A stretch of 64,000 bases of DNA from Mobula hypostoma (Eukaryota), in NCBI RefSeq assembly GCF_963921235.1, contig NC_086097.1, forward strand, positions 131,442,001-131,506,000, written 5' to 3'. Shown here in pieces: positions 1 through 14,789 of this stretch. How positions within the stretch are numbered: position 1 is the first letter of the stretch; each line of letters begins with the position of its first letter. Both the position numbers and the translations under genes were made by a program. The notes under the pieces were generated by a model. That model ran no database searches, was not told the origin of the DNA, and saw only the letters and a list, made by a program, of their open reading frames with translations.

Positions 1-1494
<1,494 letters not shown>

Positions 1495-2009
1495 TACTTC
1501 CTGGCCTATGCCAATTGCCAAGTGCAACGTCATTACATTTGTTTGCGGTATGACCTATGGTCACAATGATGCTGACCCTTAACCCCTTTCACATCAACTG
1601 TAGATGCTTCAACCATGTGAGACAAAAAATTTACAATTTCCTTCATTTTTTTACAATGCCTCTTCATTTGCACTCAGGAAGTAGCACAACGGTTTTCAGC
1701 CAATGAATTTGTTCCAAAGTGATTTATAATTTTAGAATCATGGCATCCAGCTAATCCTACCAAATGGCAAAGTCTTTAATCTTTAAACAATAATTAATAT
1801 TATTTAGTAATATAATAATTAATCTATAAATAATTCATTCAGTGTTATTAAAGAGAAAATAGCAGCCAGAAGTCCAAGAAGACTTCCTTCACCTTCTTTG
1901 AAATAAGATAAATTAGTAAATTGATAACTAGGCTTGTTACTGACCAATGTACCAAGCTACAATGAAACCTTTTGTTTTGCATGCCATCCATACAAGTAAT
2001 TTCATTACA

Positions 2010-2820
2010 AGATTTGGGATATTATGTTGAAGTTGTAGAAGATGCTGGTGAAATCTAATTTGGAGTACTGGGTGCAGTTTTGGTCACCAACTACAAGAAA
2101 GATGTCAATAAGATTGGAAGAGTGCAGAGAAAATTTACAAGGATGTTGCCAGGACTTGAGGACATGAGTGGCAGGCAAACGTTGAATAGGTTAGTGCTCT
2201 ATTCCCCAGAACATAGAGGATTAAGGGGAGATTTGATAGAGGCATCTAAAATTATGAGGAGTGGTAGATATGGTAAATGCAAGCATGTTTTTCAACTGAG
2301 ATTGGGTGAGACTAGAACAAGAGGTCATGGGTGAAGGGTGAAATGTTTAAGAGGAACAAGAGGGGGAACGTCTTCACTCAGAGTGTGGTGAGAGTGCGGA
2401 ACGAGCTGCCAGAGGAAGTGGTGGATACAGGTATGATTTCAACATCTAAGAGAATTTTGGATAGATACATGAAGGGCTATGGTCCAGGTGCAGGTCGATA
2501 GGATTAGGCAGATTAATAGTTTGGCATGGACTAGATGCCCTGAACCATCAAGATCTCATCACTAGGACAGTGAGATGTTTGATGTTTACTGTTTTCCTGT
2601 GCTGTGGTCTACGTGCATTTTGAATTCTATTTTATTAACTTTCTTGAAGTAATATATTTTTTATGTGCTGTGTGTGATGTATGTTTTGTGGGTGCTCTAT
2701 GGTCCAGAGGAACATTGTTTCACTTGGTTGTATATATGTACAGCCAGAAAACAGTAAACTTGAACTTGAACTAGATGGGCCAAAGAACCTATTTCTGTGC
2801 TGTATTGTTTATGACTCTAA
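2010..2820 (+). mobile_element. CR1 LINE 3' fragment (ORF2 C-terminus + 3' UTR)
   Basis: [22 protein letters not shown]...LRGDLIE...TRGH CR1 C-terminal motifs; ends ctgtgctgta...tatgactct. Confidence 0.85.
2538..2769 (+). mobile_element. Short retroposon 3' tail with (CTTGAA)n end, inserted in the CR1 3' UTR
   Basis: Flanked by direct repeat ACTAGATG (2530-2537 and 2770-2777). Confidence 0.7.
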
Positions 2821-4199
2821 GAATTCATTAAGGTAGAACAAGGGAAAACAAAAACAGAGTGCAGAATAAAATGTTACAATTACAGAGAGCGTGCAAAGCA
2901 GGCAGACATTAAGGTGCAAGACATGACAAGGTCCATTGTGAGGTCAAAGAGTCCACCTTATCATACGAGGGGGCTGTTCAATAATCTTCTAAGTGTGAGA
3001 TAGAAGCTGTCCTTGATCTTGATGGTCCGTGCTTTCAGGCTTTTGAATCTTCTGACAGTTGGTGAGGGGAGTAGAGTTAACATACAGGGTGGATGGAGTC
3101 TTTGATTACCTTGGCCACTTTACTGAGGCAGCAAGATGTGTAGACAGAATCTGAGATGTGTCCACAACTCTCCAAAGTTTCTTGTGGTCTTAGTCAGAGC
3201 GGTTGCCATACCGATCCGTGAGCCATCTGGATAGGATGCCTACCCTGGTGCATCAATAACATTTAATGAGAACTGCTTGAGCTGAGATAAGGGATAGGCT
3301 AAAGAAGTAACATCTCATCCAAAGAGTGCAGCACTGCCTCACGTGTCAGACAGAGTTTTGCGTCCCAGTCTCTGAACTTGCTGGTCTGAACTCCACTCCA
3401 GTTCACTCACAATCTTTAATCATTCAATAGAATTTTTATTGGCACAATTTCAATCAACCTGCAGGTAACAATGTTTGTGTCTAAATTGTATATAAGTGTT
3501 GATTAGCAACTACCTTCCAAGATTCAAGATTCAAGTTTATTTACTATGTGTACATTGAAACATACAGTGAAATGTGTTGTTTGCTTTAACAGCCAACACA
3601 CTTGAGAGTGTGCTTGAGACAGCCCACAAGTGTCACCATATATACCGGCGATAACATAGAATGCCTACAATACTCAGCAGAACAACACAGAACACAACAA
3701 GCAACAAAACAACAACAGCAAAACAAGCCCCATTCATCCATCCCACCCAAGCATATTCACATTCCTTTAACCCCAGGATAGGCCTCCAGCAGACTCGGAT
3801 TTGGATTTGGGCCTGCGGACATTGGGCTCGACTTTCCCATCAGACTCACAGAGAGTTGCAGATTCAACTCTGGCCAACGGACCTTGGCTTCCAGTCTTCT
3901 GATTTGACTTTGCGTCTCGATTCTCAGCGTTGATCCTAGGTCTCACAGATCACTGAGCTCTGGATTCATCGATGAAAGGACTTGAATACTAGGCCTTGAA
4001 CTCTGGTCTCATTGATTTACAAACCTGGTGGGGGGTGGGGGGGGGGGAAATCATTGGTACTCTTTCCTGAGCAACTCCATTTTGATCCAAAACGTCAACA
4101 GTTCCTTTCCTTCCACAGATGCTGCTTGACCCTCTGAGTTCTTCCAGCAGATTGTTTGTTGATCTACCATCCTAATTCTGCTCCTCAGTATAGCCCATG

Positions 4200-4830
4200 A
4201 GAAGGCCCTGGAAAGCACGGATCACTGTATGTTTCTGATGCCACCTCATTGGTTCTGATGGTGTACACAGCCTTTGATCAACTGAGGAGAAAAGTGCTGA
4301 ACATCAACATCTTAAACCCAGGTGTAAATTCACGGTCTACAGGAAGGCAGTGATTCTCACATCCCTGTATGCTTCTGTGTTAGGCAACTCAAGCACTGAA
4401 GGTGAGAGAGACCACCAACTTTGTCTTAACAATGTGCTCTTCCTCACATAGGCAAATATCTCCGTTGCTATGGTTATAACCACACTCAGTTGGCTTCATT
4501 AGGTAGACCATGAAGTACACATGACCAATATGAGACAAAGAGATTCCCTGAAGGACAGAGAAGAGTGCTTCAAGGATGCACTTAGGGAATCCATCATATA
4601 TTATATCACCCTCACAAACTCATTGGAAATCACTGACCAAAATAGAGAAGGAGTACATGTGAAGACATTGAGCACCTCAAGTCCTTCTACTGGAAGTACA
4701 TAGATGCCAGATGCAAACATTGGAAGGAATGCTTCACCCTTCAAATTACCCAATAACCTATGCACTGTCTGTGGAAGACTCTGGATTCCCAACAGGTCTT
4801 ATTGGTTCCCCAGGATGAAGATGAATTGCT
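4200..4830 (+). mobile_element. Very degraded RTE-like LINE 3' fragment
   Basis: Residual 'KFTVYRKAVILTSLYAS' and a decayed LRW-GHV-like stretch; many lesions. Confidence 0.4.
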
Positions 4831-4996
4831 TTCATTCCAGTTCTGTGGAATGGAAGATGCTTGTTCATGATTTGTAATGGTCATTGCATCCCATCTAACA
4901 CATCGAATGACAGATTGACAATTAGCTCTGGTGGCAAGAATGTCCAAGGTGCAGAATTTTGTTGCACAGACTGAACACATCCTAACCCATGGATAA

Positions 4997-4998
<2 letters not shown>

Positions 4999-5033
<35 letters not shown>
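4999..5033. repeat. (CA)n microsatellite
   Basis: Directly visible. Confidence 0.98.
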
Positions 5034-5034
<1 letters not shown>

Positions 5035-8000
5035 TTGTACACATATGCATGTTCCCTCGGCCCCCAACCCTCATTCTGTCTGTCCTATAGTCTCCATTGC
5101 TTTTGCTCTCCCATCTGCCTGTATCCCTTTGTCCTCCCCTCAAAATTCCTTAGTTCCTTTCCCTTAACTCATTCTTTCTCTCTTAGCACCTTCCTCTTCT
5201 TCCTCTCTCAGTTCTTTGCACTATCCTCCATCCTGACCTCCTGTGTCCTAAGTGAAACAATTCAGAGCTCTCACTATGTTCAAGACAGCTCTCGAAATCT
5301 CTTGTCCCAGAACCCGTTGAAGCTATAGAACTGTAGTGGACACACCCTCAACTTCCAGCGTGCCTCCTGCACCTGCCTCCCAATGGCAGCAGCAAGAAGA
5401 GTGGGAGATGGGTCAAGTGCAGGCAGATGGCGCTGAACACCCATTCGCTTTCCTCTCTATTCCTTGGCAAATTTAGTCTTATTCAACACTTTAATTGGCG
5501 CAGAGTAACTGGGGCCACCACGAGTTCTTCTACTGCTATCAGGCCTCAATGTGGCATCCATTCCAGCGACGGCGCCAAGCTGCACCTGCGCTCTCGAGAG
5601 TCTAGCTCACCAAATTCTCCAGTAGATCACAAAAGTGCCAGTGCTTTGAGAAGAGTAAACTCCAAGTTATATGTTAATTTTCTGTAGCAATTGGCTTCCA
5701 CGTTTTGCAATTGCATCTTCCTGTGTTAATGTTATAAAACAGCCTGCAAGACACTCAAAGAGAATCTCTCCCTCACTTAGCCCTTTGTTATCTCCAGTAG
5801 GGATGTTTTCTCCAATTGAAGACAGACTTCATTCTTACTTGCACCAAGTTAAGAATTTGCACAAAGTGTTGTCGGGAAGGATGAACTTTTCATGCTTTAT
5901 TTCCCTTCATTCTCGTTCTTTGTGAAACCAGGTGGACATGTCTTACCAAGCCTCAAATCCTCGTCTGTTTTCATTGTGTCTCTATTTCTGTAACGTCCAC
6001 ATTTCCTGAGTGGTTCCTTCTCTTCCAGTTCTGGCCTTTTGTATTCCCTGATCTCTAATGCTCCAGCGTTGGTGGTCGAACCATCTGCTGGCCAGACCTT
6101 AGTTCCAGTATAACTTCCTCTGACACTGATCTCTACCAGATTCTCGTTCCTTGACTTTTGTCTATCTGACCCAGAATTTGGCCGTCTTCCTTCATGCTTT
6201 GTATGGCTTTAACAGAGAAGTCTTCACAGATGCTAAGATGATGTGAAGATGCGGGTTGCCAATGGTTACACACTGTTCCATGTGTCTCTGGGCTTCTGTC
6301 CATGGCAATAGAGATGTTTACCCCACAGCGGCTCAGCGTTATGTCTCATCACCTCCACCTTGGCAATCAGCAGAAAGCAGAATGAGCTGTGCCAGCATCC
6401 ACACAGCCATGTATGTGGTCATAGAGGACTGATTGAAAGTAAGGCCCAATACGTGAAGGAAAACCATTGGCATTACCTGTTGTAAGGCTACTAAAACAAA
6501 AACAAAAACAACACATGATTGTAATAGTTTCTTCCCCACAGGCAGTTAATCTGATCAACCATTCCATTTAGGCCCTCCCTCTATCTATTACCTCAGTCAC
6601 TGCACTGTAAACCCTTAAAACTGTTTTTATAATACAGTTTACATTGTAAATGCATGCTGGTATTTATGTATTTATCCACATATCAAACACTATTTTTATA
6701 TAATTCTTATTCTTTATGATTGTTGCATGCTTTTTTTGCATGTTGCATCACCACACCACAGCAAATTCCTAATACATGTAAATGTATGTGGTGAATAAAG
6801 TTTATCCTTGATCCTAAAATAGCCCTCCAAACATATATAGGTTGAGGTTTTAAAATTACAAAGTTAGTGACTGACACAAGTACCATACAGAGAAGTGTTT
6901 GCTTGTTGTAAGTTAAAGCTCAATATGTCATGGACCCATCCATTGAAAACATCACTCCCAGAAGTATTTACATGTGCGGCCTCAAAAAAACATTTTTTAT
7001 CATGAAAGACCCTCACCATTAGCCCCTGCCATCTTTTCACAGTTACCATTGGGCAGGAGGTATAGCAACCTGAAGTCCCACACCTCCAAGTTCAAAACCA
7101 GCCACTGTCCTTCAACCAATAGCTTCCCGAAGCAACCTGCACAGCCCTAATCACAACCTCAGTATAGCAACGTGATGACCACTTTGATAACTTTGCACTG
7201 AAGTACATTTTATTACATTTTATTCAAATTGTGTTCTTTCTTGTACAATGTCTAATTTTAGGTTGAATTTATGTTTTCCTTGTGAGTGCTACTTACACAA
7301 TGCTATGTGCCTGCAAGGCTGCTGCAAGTTTTTCATCGAGCTGTGCATATGACAGTAAACTTGTCTTCAACTTTGACGATGCAGTTAGTGAAATGCCTGT
7401 AACTGTGATGTAACATCCTCCAACTACGCTGCCCTGAGAGCACCCTCCCTGAACCCCACAGTGGAAGATTTAAAAGACACCTTTGCTGCAAAAAAAGGCC
7501 ACATTAAATTTTCCCCCTTATCTACCACAGAGACTCAGACACCACTTGACAAGAGGTGCGTCGCTATCCATAAAACAGCACTTATGCACAAGTGCCTGAG
7601 CTCATTGTCCTGATCTGTCATGTAGAAAAGAGCATGAATCAAGAAGCACAGAAGCCAAACAGAAATTATTATTGATTTAATCACATAATCAGCAGCAAAC
7701 ACTTCAGGCTAAGATAGCAAATCCATAACAGCCTGCCCACATAACCACCCTTACAAATTTACCAGCAAACCACCGTGTGCATTTAGCAAGCAAGAGATCA
7801 AGGGTCACCTTCACTTGGTGGGGAAATATTGACATTCCTAATGCTTAAATATGTTTTGAGTTAAGTGTTATCAATCAGTGATAAGAGTTGACTGTCTGTT
7901 AAACATAAATACATTGGCAAAAGGATTATAGAATGCTTTCTTGTCATAATCTCGGCCAGATAGGTGCATCTATCAGACAAAACTCTGCATGAAATCAATT

Positions 8001-8426
8001 CAACACAAGATGCTGCCTGCTATGTCTGTCCAGTACAATGAGCAGGAGAGAGACAAAAAAAAAGCAGCTTTGTGATCTTTAAGCATAACTAGTTATCTAA
8101 TGGGAATAAAGCTTTAATTTTTATGTTGAACATGCAATCGATGTACTGGGATCTGTAATGTCTCGGTAAACAGGCTGTTTAACTGTGCCTTTAGAGGCCA
8201 AGTAATTCAGTCTTCATTTACAGGCCCCATTAACAACAGTGAAGTGCTAGATCTCATCCCCGCATACTAATTCTGATTAAAAGCTGATGGGGGCCATAAC
8301 CGATTACCAGCCTAATGTTTTAACCCTTCTCCATCCTTGCAAAAAGAACACAGTAGATGTTTTTTTTTAATCATTGGAAAATAGGGCATCAAGTATAGCA
8401 ATGAAACAGATTATGCAATAAATTAT

Positions 8427-10020
8427 AAACACAAGAAAATCTGCAGATGCTGGAAATCCAACGCAACACACACACAGAAAATGCTGGAGGAACTCAGCAG
8501 GCCAGGCAGCATCTATGGAAGTGAATAAACAGTCGATGTTTTGGGCCGAATCCCTTCCTCAGCACTGGAAAGGAAGGGGGAAAATGCCAGAATAAAAGAG
8601 GTGGCGGAAGGGGAAGTAGGACAGACTAGAAGGTGATAGGAGAAGCCAGGTGGGTAGGAAAGGTAAAGGGCTGGAGAAAAAGGAATCTGATAGAAGAGGA
8701 TAGTGGACCATAAGAGAAAGAGAAGGAGGAGGGGACCCAGGGGGACATGGAGGCCAGAGTAGGGAACTGAAGAAGAGGCAAGGGGGAGGGAGAATCTTTT
8801 TTACCAGAAGGAGAAATTGATATTCATATCAGGTTGGAGGCTACCCAGGTGGAATATAAGGTGTTGCTCCTGCACCCCGAAGGTGGACTCATTGTGGCAC
8901 AAGAGGAGGCCATGGACTGCCATGTTGGAACAGGAGTGAGAATAAGAATTAAAGTGTTTGGCCACCAGGAAGATCTGCTTTCAGTGGATGAAGCTGAGGT
9001 GCTCGATGTAGAGGTACCCCAGTTTAAGACGGGTCTCACTAGTGGACACAATGGAAGATCCCAGCAGATTTGCAGGTGAAGTGTTGTCTCACCTGGAAGG
9101 ATTGTTTGGGGGCCCTGAATGGAGGTGAGGGAGGAGGTAAATGGGCAGGTGTAGCACTTTGGCTGTTCACAGGGTTAAGTGCCAAGTGGCAGATTAGTCA
9201 GAAGGGACAAATGGACAAGGGAAACACAGAGTGAGTGATCCCTGCAGAAAGTTGAAGGCAAGGGGACAAAGATAAAGATATGTTTGGTGGTAAGATCCCT
9301 TTGGAGATGGTGGAAGCTGTGGAGAATGATGTGTTGGATGTGGAGGCTCATGAGGTGGTAGGTAAGAACAAGAAGAACCCTAACTCTGTTAAAATGGTGG
9401 AAAGATGAGGATGAGTGTGGATGTTCGGGAAATGTAAGAGATGCGCTGAGAGCAGCATCAATGATGGAGGAAGGGAAACCCTGTTCTTTGAAAAAAAAAG
9501 GCCATTTCTGATTTCCTGAAAAGGAAAGATGCATCCTGGGAAAAGATGCAGTGGAGATGAAAGAACTGAGAAAAGGGAATAGCATTTGTACAGGAGGCAG
9601 GGTAGGAAGATTTATATTCAAGATAACCGTGGGAATCATTAGGTTTATAAAAGATTTTGGATGCCTGTTTGGCTCCAGAGATGGTAACAGAGAGATCATG
9701 AAAGGTCAAGGTGGTGTGAGAAATGGACCAAGTGAATTTAAGAGCAGGGTGGAAGTTGGAGCCAAAGTTGAAGAAGTTGATGAGCTCAGCATTGGTGCAT
9801 GAAGCAGCACCAAATCTGTCGTTAATATGGCGGAAAAATAGTTGGGGAGCATTACTGGGGAAGGCTGGGAACATGGACTGTTGTACGTTGCCAACAAAAA
9901 AGGCAGGCCTAGCTGGGGCCCATGTGGGCGCCCATGGCTACTCCTTGAAGCTGGAGAAAGTGGGACAAACCAATGAAAATGTTGTTGAGATTGAGGACCA
10001 GTTCTGCCAGATGGAGAAGA
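8427..10020 (-). mobile_element. Penelope-like element (Neptune type), 5'-truncated and decayed: RT C-terminal half, GIY-YIG remnant, pseudo-LTR
   Basis: FHPALKFTWSIS...YKPNDSHGYL...AIPFSQF thumb motifs; RT DD motif degenerate (RHIND); 3' pseudo-LTR at 8427-8570 shared with the other copies. Confidence 0.9.
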
Positions 10021-10459
10021 ACGGTGGAAAAGGGGAAATGGCTCTTTTCACTCTCAGTTCCTACCTCACTACATCAGTATAATGACACTGCAGTATAATG
10101 CACTTCACTGTTTGTTCAAATGATCTTCTTTACGCATAATATATGCGTAATTTATGTTTTTCTTGTGAATGTTGTGCCTGTAACACAGCTGCAAGCAAGT
10201 TTTTCATTGCATCTGTACATACATATATACATGTCAAGAGCATGTTTGCACGACTTTGAGTTTGACTTTTGATTCTTATGAAATGAATTAGAACTGAAAT
10301 ACTAACTTTGCTTCTCTTATCATTGATGTTACCTGACCTGTTAAGTGCTTCCAACATATTCTGATTTTATTTCAGACTTTGAGTTTTCTTGTCATGTACA
10401 CAAATCACGATTTCCAGCAATTGCATGTTTTATTTAAATACACGTATTCCATATACTGT

Positions 10460-10680
10460 AAGACCATAAGACCATAGGATATAGGAGCAGAATTAGGCCA
10501 TGGAGTCTGCTCCCCCATTTCATCATGATTGATCCATTTTCCCTCTCAACCCCAATCTCCTACCTTCACCCCATATCCTTTCATGCCCTGACTAATCAAG
10601 AAACTATCAACCTCTGCCTTAAATATACACAAAGACTTGGCCTCCACAGCCACCTGTGGCAATGAATTCCACAGATATCT
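10460..10680 (-). mobile_element. CR1 3' UTR fragment
   Basis: (agaccata)n tail and taggagcagaattaggcc..., matching the start of the 18747 copy. Confidence 0.75.
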
Positions 10681-11664
10681 GTGAGTGACAAATATTTCAT
10701 CTTATATAATAGACATTTTTCATCCCAGGTAAATCTTCACAAACCATCAACTTTGTTTTCATCGTCAAACTGTGCATACCGCAAGTCTGATAAAGTCTTC
10801 CAACAATTTGGACAGCACTATGGAAATTTCGAGTCATCCTGTGTTGGTGACATTGAAAACATGCCCAGGATATTTATCTACATTTTTTTAAACTTTAGCA
10901 AAGTGGTGAAACAAGGGATTCTCAGGAGCGCCAACTTGTGATTGTGTTAGAATCTAAAATGAGGAAAACTCCCTCATTCACTAGAGCATCTCTAAAGCTC
11001 CCTGAACTCCAAGGAAATAAAGATTTGCATCTTGTGCATAAAATGCAATTGCATTCAAATTCAGCCACTCAACAACAATGATTTGCATTTCTGTTAATCC
11101 TTTAGTCTGGCAAAAACATTTTAAACACTCCTCGGGAACATTGTGTAAAATCAATGAGTGTCATCTTGCATTAGGAACGGGGACAGATGGCCACAAATTT
11201 GCTCAAGGAGGTGGGTTTCCGTAAGTGCCTTAAATAAGGGGAGAGAGGCATCAGAGAGGGTGGCACAAGAAACTGCAGATGCTGGAAATCTGGAGCAACA
11301 CCTAAGATGTTGGAGGATGTCCGCAGGCCAGACAGCATCCGTGTAGGGAAGTGGACAGTCGAAGTTTTGGGCCGAGACCCTTCATCTGGACTCGAAGGGT
11401 GTCCAGCTGACTTGCTTAGCTGCTCATGATATAGAAGGAGGTTGCTCAGTGCATGGAGTACATGCTGGTTCCCAGAGCAAATCCATCAGTCCCATTCCCC
11501 AATCTACAGTCTCTCACATCACCATTAACTTTCCTTTTTCTCATGCAGTCCATCAATGCTGGAAGCCAGCACATCATTGGGATGCGGGAGGGAACCAGGG
11601 CATCGAAGATACGGGGAGAACATGCAGACTTCAGATCAGTTTATTGTCATATGTTTAATTTATT

Positions 11665-11925
11665 TATTTTAATTTAGAGATACAGCATGGTAATAGGCTC
11701 GTCTAGCCCAAAGAGCCAGCCCGCACCTCCCAGTTGCACCCATGTGACCAATGAAACTACTACCCTGTTTTCTTTGGAATGTGGGAGGACACTGGAGCAC
11801 CCAGAGGACACCTGTGCGATCATAGGACAAGCATACAACTCCTCGTGGACAGTGGTGGGATTGAACCTGGGTCACTGGTCCTATAATAGCATTATGCTAA
11901 TCCACTACACTATGAGCTGTGCTAA
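11665..11925 (-). mobile_element. tRNA-derived V-SINE (HE1-like)
   Basis: Minus strand has an A-box-like TAGTGTAGTGG, B-box GGTTCAATCC, V-domain-like ...GGGTGCTCCAGTGTCCTCCCACATTCCAAAGA and an A-rich tail. Confidence 0.75.
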
Positions 11926-12039
11926 ATATATAACAGGGGGCAATGATAGTCCCAGCTCATATGAAGCACACAGAGTAAACAGAATATATGAAATACAGGA
12001 ATATAAATACAGTGACAAGAGCAAGATAAAACAATATGG

Positions 12040-12300
12040 TGCTGAGATACATCTTAGGCTGCGTTGGGACACATCATTAGTGATGTAACCTGAGTTCATT
12101 GGGTGTTTCGTGTCTTTCAGCATCAGACACTCTCACCAGGTGACCCAGCCAGAGTTGATCAGGCCCTGGCTTGTGCCCCAGCAGCACTGGTCCACGAGTC
12201 ACACCTCATGATTCATAGCCATACGGAGGCTCTCTCGGCAGCCTCCGTGATGGTCCTGATGGCCCTTTTCTTTGCGGCCTCTGTAATGCCAAGGAGAAAG
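12040..12300 (-). mobile_element. 3' fragment of an RLE-type (R2 superfamily, Hero-like) non-LTR retrotransposon
   Basis: Minus strand reads LLGITEAAKKRAIRTITEAAERASVWL*IMRCDSW, then 3' sequence ...GGGTCACCTGGTGAGAGTGTCTGATGCTGAAAGACACGAAACACCCAATG resembling Hero ends. Confidence 0.6.
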
Positions 12301-13179
12301 TGGATTCTGCACAGTGAGCAGCCCCCATGGAATAGTACGGTTGGGAGAATCTCTGCTGGGGTTCAGAGATCAGAATGGAGTGAAACAGACAAAGTGGTGA
12401 TCCCACAGAGGGGTTACCTGTGATATTGTTTTCTGTCTTGTCCATGGTCAGATCAGTCATGATCCTATTGAATAGCGGAAGAGGCTTACCGAGCCAGATG
12501 GCCTACTCCTGCTCCTACTTGTTCTGTTCTGATGTTCTTATTTCATTGTAAGAGCTGGAACTCAATGCCGCACAGTGAATACTGAAGGAAGAAATTTCTC
12601 CTTGAGCCACAGTTTCAGTGACATAGTGGAGACTGCAGATGCTGGAATTGAGTGAAAATAAAATGGTGGAGGAACTCCACAGGTTGAGCTACATCTGAAT
12701 GGATGAAGGGAAGTAACTGTTCTTGAACCTATTGCATGGGACTCCTGTCATTTATATTGTACCTCCTGTCATTTATATTGTATCATTTGAAAGTTCTTAA
12801 TGGCAAATACATCTACCACCTAATGTTGAACATATTTTTGGATGGTTATAAGCTGGATATGGATCTCTACTTTTCCCTCTTTCCCAAGCTCCTGTCCAAA
12901 CCCAGCTGCAGAATTATACACACACTGACATTCTGTCTGCTTTCTGACTGTCTGATGCAGCAGTTGCTGCTGTTGCCATTGACCAGAATTTCACTCCCAC
13001 ACCCTTACCACTCACCCAAATTTACCTCCTCTGAATTCAGAAGGCAAACCCTGGTTGCCAGAGAGTTGGATTATGAAGCTCCAAAAAGCAGAAAGGATTC
13101 CAGTCAAGTATTGGAGCATTGTGGATGGGATTGCTTGACCACAGAACTCCTCTGGAGGTCTTTGACAGTGGGCTAAACT

Positions 13180-13842
13180 TCCTTAGAAGTTTATGAAGGT
13201 TCTGCATGACATCTAAAACTTTAACAAGCTTCTATAGATGTGTGGTGGTAGTACCATGGCCTGGTATGGAAACACCAATGCCCTTGAAAGGAAAATCATA
13301 CTAAGAGTAGTGGATATGGCCAATTCCATCGGGGGTAAATCTCTCTCCACCATTGAGCGCATCCACATGGAGCACTGATGCAGGAAAGTAGCACCCATAT
13401 CAAGGACCCTACAACTTAGATCATGCTCTTTTCTCATTGCTATCATCAGGAAGAAGGCACAGGAACCTCAGACCCACACCACCAGGTTCTGGAACAGTTA
13501 TTACCCCAACCATCAGGCTCCTGAACCAAAGGCGATGACTTCATTCAACTTCACTCGCCCTATCACTAAACTGATCCCACAACCTATAGACTCACTTTCA
13601 AGGATTGTTCACCTCATGTTCATGAAACTTATTGCTTATTTATTTAATATAATCATTTTTCTTTTGTGTTTGCACAGTTTGTGGTCTTTTGCAAATTGAT
13701 TTTTTGTCTGTCCTGTTGGGTACGGTCTTTCATTGATTTTATTGTGTTTCGTGGATTACTGTGAAGGTCGGCAAGAAAATGAATCATTGTTTTATATGGT
13801 GCCGTATATGCACTGTGATAATAAATTTGTTTTAAACTTTGA
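13180..13842 (+). mobile_element. Rex1/Babar LINE 3' fragment
   Basis: AWYGNTNA.ERK.L.RVV...DHALFSLLSSGRR motifs; aataaatt...(ctttga) tail. Confidence 0.75.
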
Positions 13843-14789
13843 AAACCGGCATGGAGTTTTAATGGTTATCAAATCTGTCCAGAGCTTTGATGTCTCCATT
13901 ATTATTTAAAATCCAATAAAACTATTTCAAAATATGAAGTATTTTTAACAAGTGATAAAGAGTTTGTATTCCAAAGATGCCTAAAACCAAATTAAACAAG
14001 CACAAAAAATAAAAAAGAGACTTTGCTTATTCTTGAATTTCTAACACGCTGTTGAATAATCTGTTTTGAACTTGATGTGCTCATATATTTGTGTTGGGTT
14101 CTCAATGTCTTGGCACTAATGCGGAGAAGTGCAGACAGAATAGAGTGGCTTTTCCAACAAGATGTGACCCAGTCTGCTGAATGCATTTTGGTTGCATTTG
14201 CAGCACCTGCCATCAACACTGGATTGGTCAGTGTTCTGGCTAATCTCTGGTGAGTTTATAGCAGTACGTAAGGTCACTAGTTGCAAACAAGTGCTTGGAA
14301 TATTCAGGCTCTGATTGCTTATCAATTCAAAAATATTCACCCAGATTTCTGTTTTCCATCAGTTCTAGCCTCTTGTTCATTTTTAATTTCCTTTGTTCCA
14401 GCACTGCAGCCATGCCCCAGTTGCCAAGTCTCTAAACTCCAGAACATTCTCTCTAAGTCCCTCTACCTCTCTTTCCTTCTCTGCCACATTCTTCACCAAT
14501 CATTTTGCTGAGGTTTTCATACATTTTTCCTAATATCTCCTTCTATCCTTTCATCTGACAGCACTTCTATTAAGTGCTTTGTGATGTTCTGTAACTATTA
14601 TTGTTAAAATGACTGAGACGATCAGTTGTGGTTTTGTCTAAACTGGTGCATTCCAGATGCTTTTGCACAGAAATGAAAACAGAAAATGCTGGAAAAAGAT
14701 GTTCATCAGAGCTGTGAAAAAGAGAAACCCCATTGGCTCTCAGTTACAGAGAAGGTTGGGAAGGGTTTGTTGGTGCAATATTCCATGTC

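Larger units (their letters stand above)
1925..3270 (-). mobile_element. Old Rex1/Babar-like LINE 3' region, split by a CR1 insertion
   Basis: Same 3' UTR text (aaacagaatgcagaataa...agaagctgtccttg) recurs near 25530-25815 and 39100-39660; interrupted at ~2010-2820. Confidence 0.55.

Noticed and set aside
5427..5925. Two adjacent ~85-aa plus ORFs in unique sequence
   Set aside because: No recognisable domains or splice signals; chance ORFs, though the region could be regulatory.
6471..6512. Minus-strand T-tract TTTTAGTAG...ACAG|GTAATG micro-exon
   Set aside because: 11 or 14 nt, not frame-preserving; the tract is a simple (AAAAAC)n repeat.
10712..10735. Recursive-splice-like TTTTTCATCCCAG|GTAAAT (and TTTCAG|GTCAGT near 37490)
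   Set aside because: Short motifs expected by chance in 64 kb; the second resembles a Penelope pseudo-LTR remnant.
11850..11925. tRNA gene
   Set aside because: A/B boxes belong to a SINE head; no cloverleaf.
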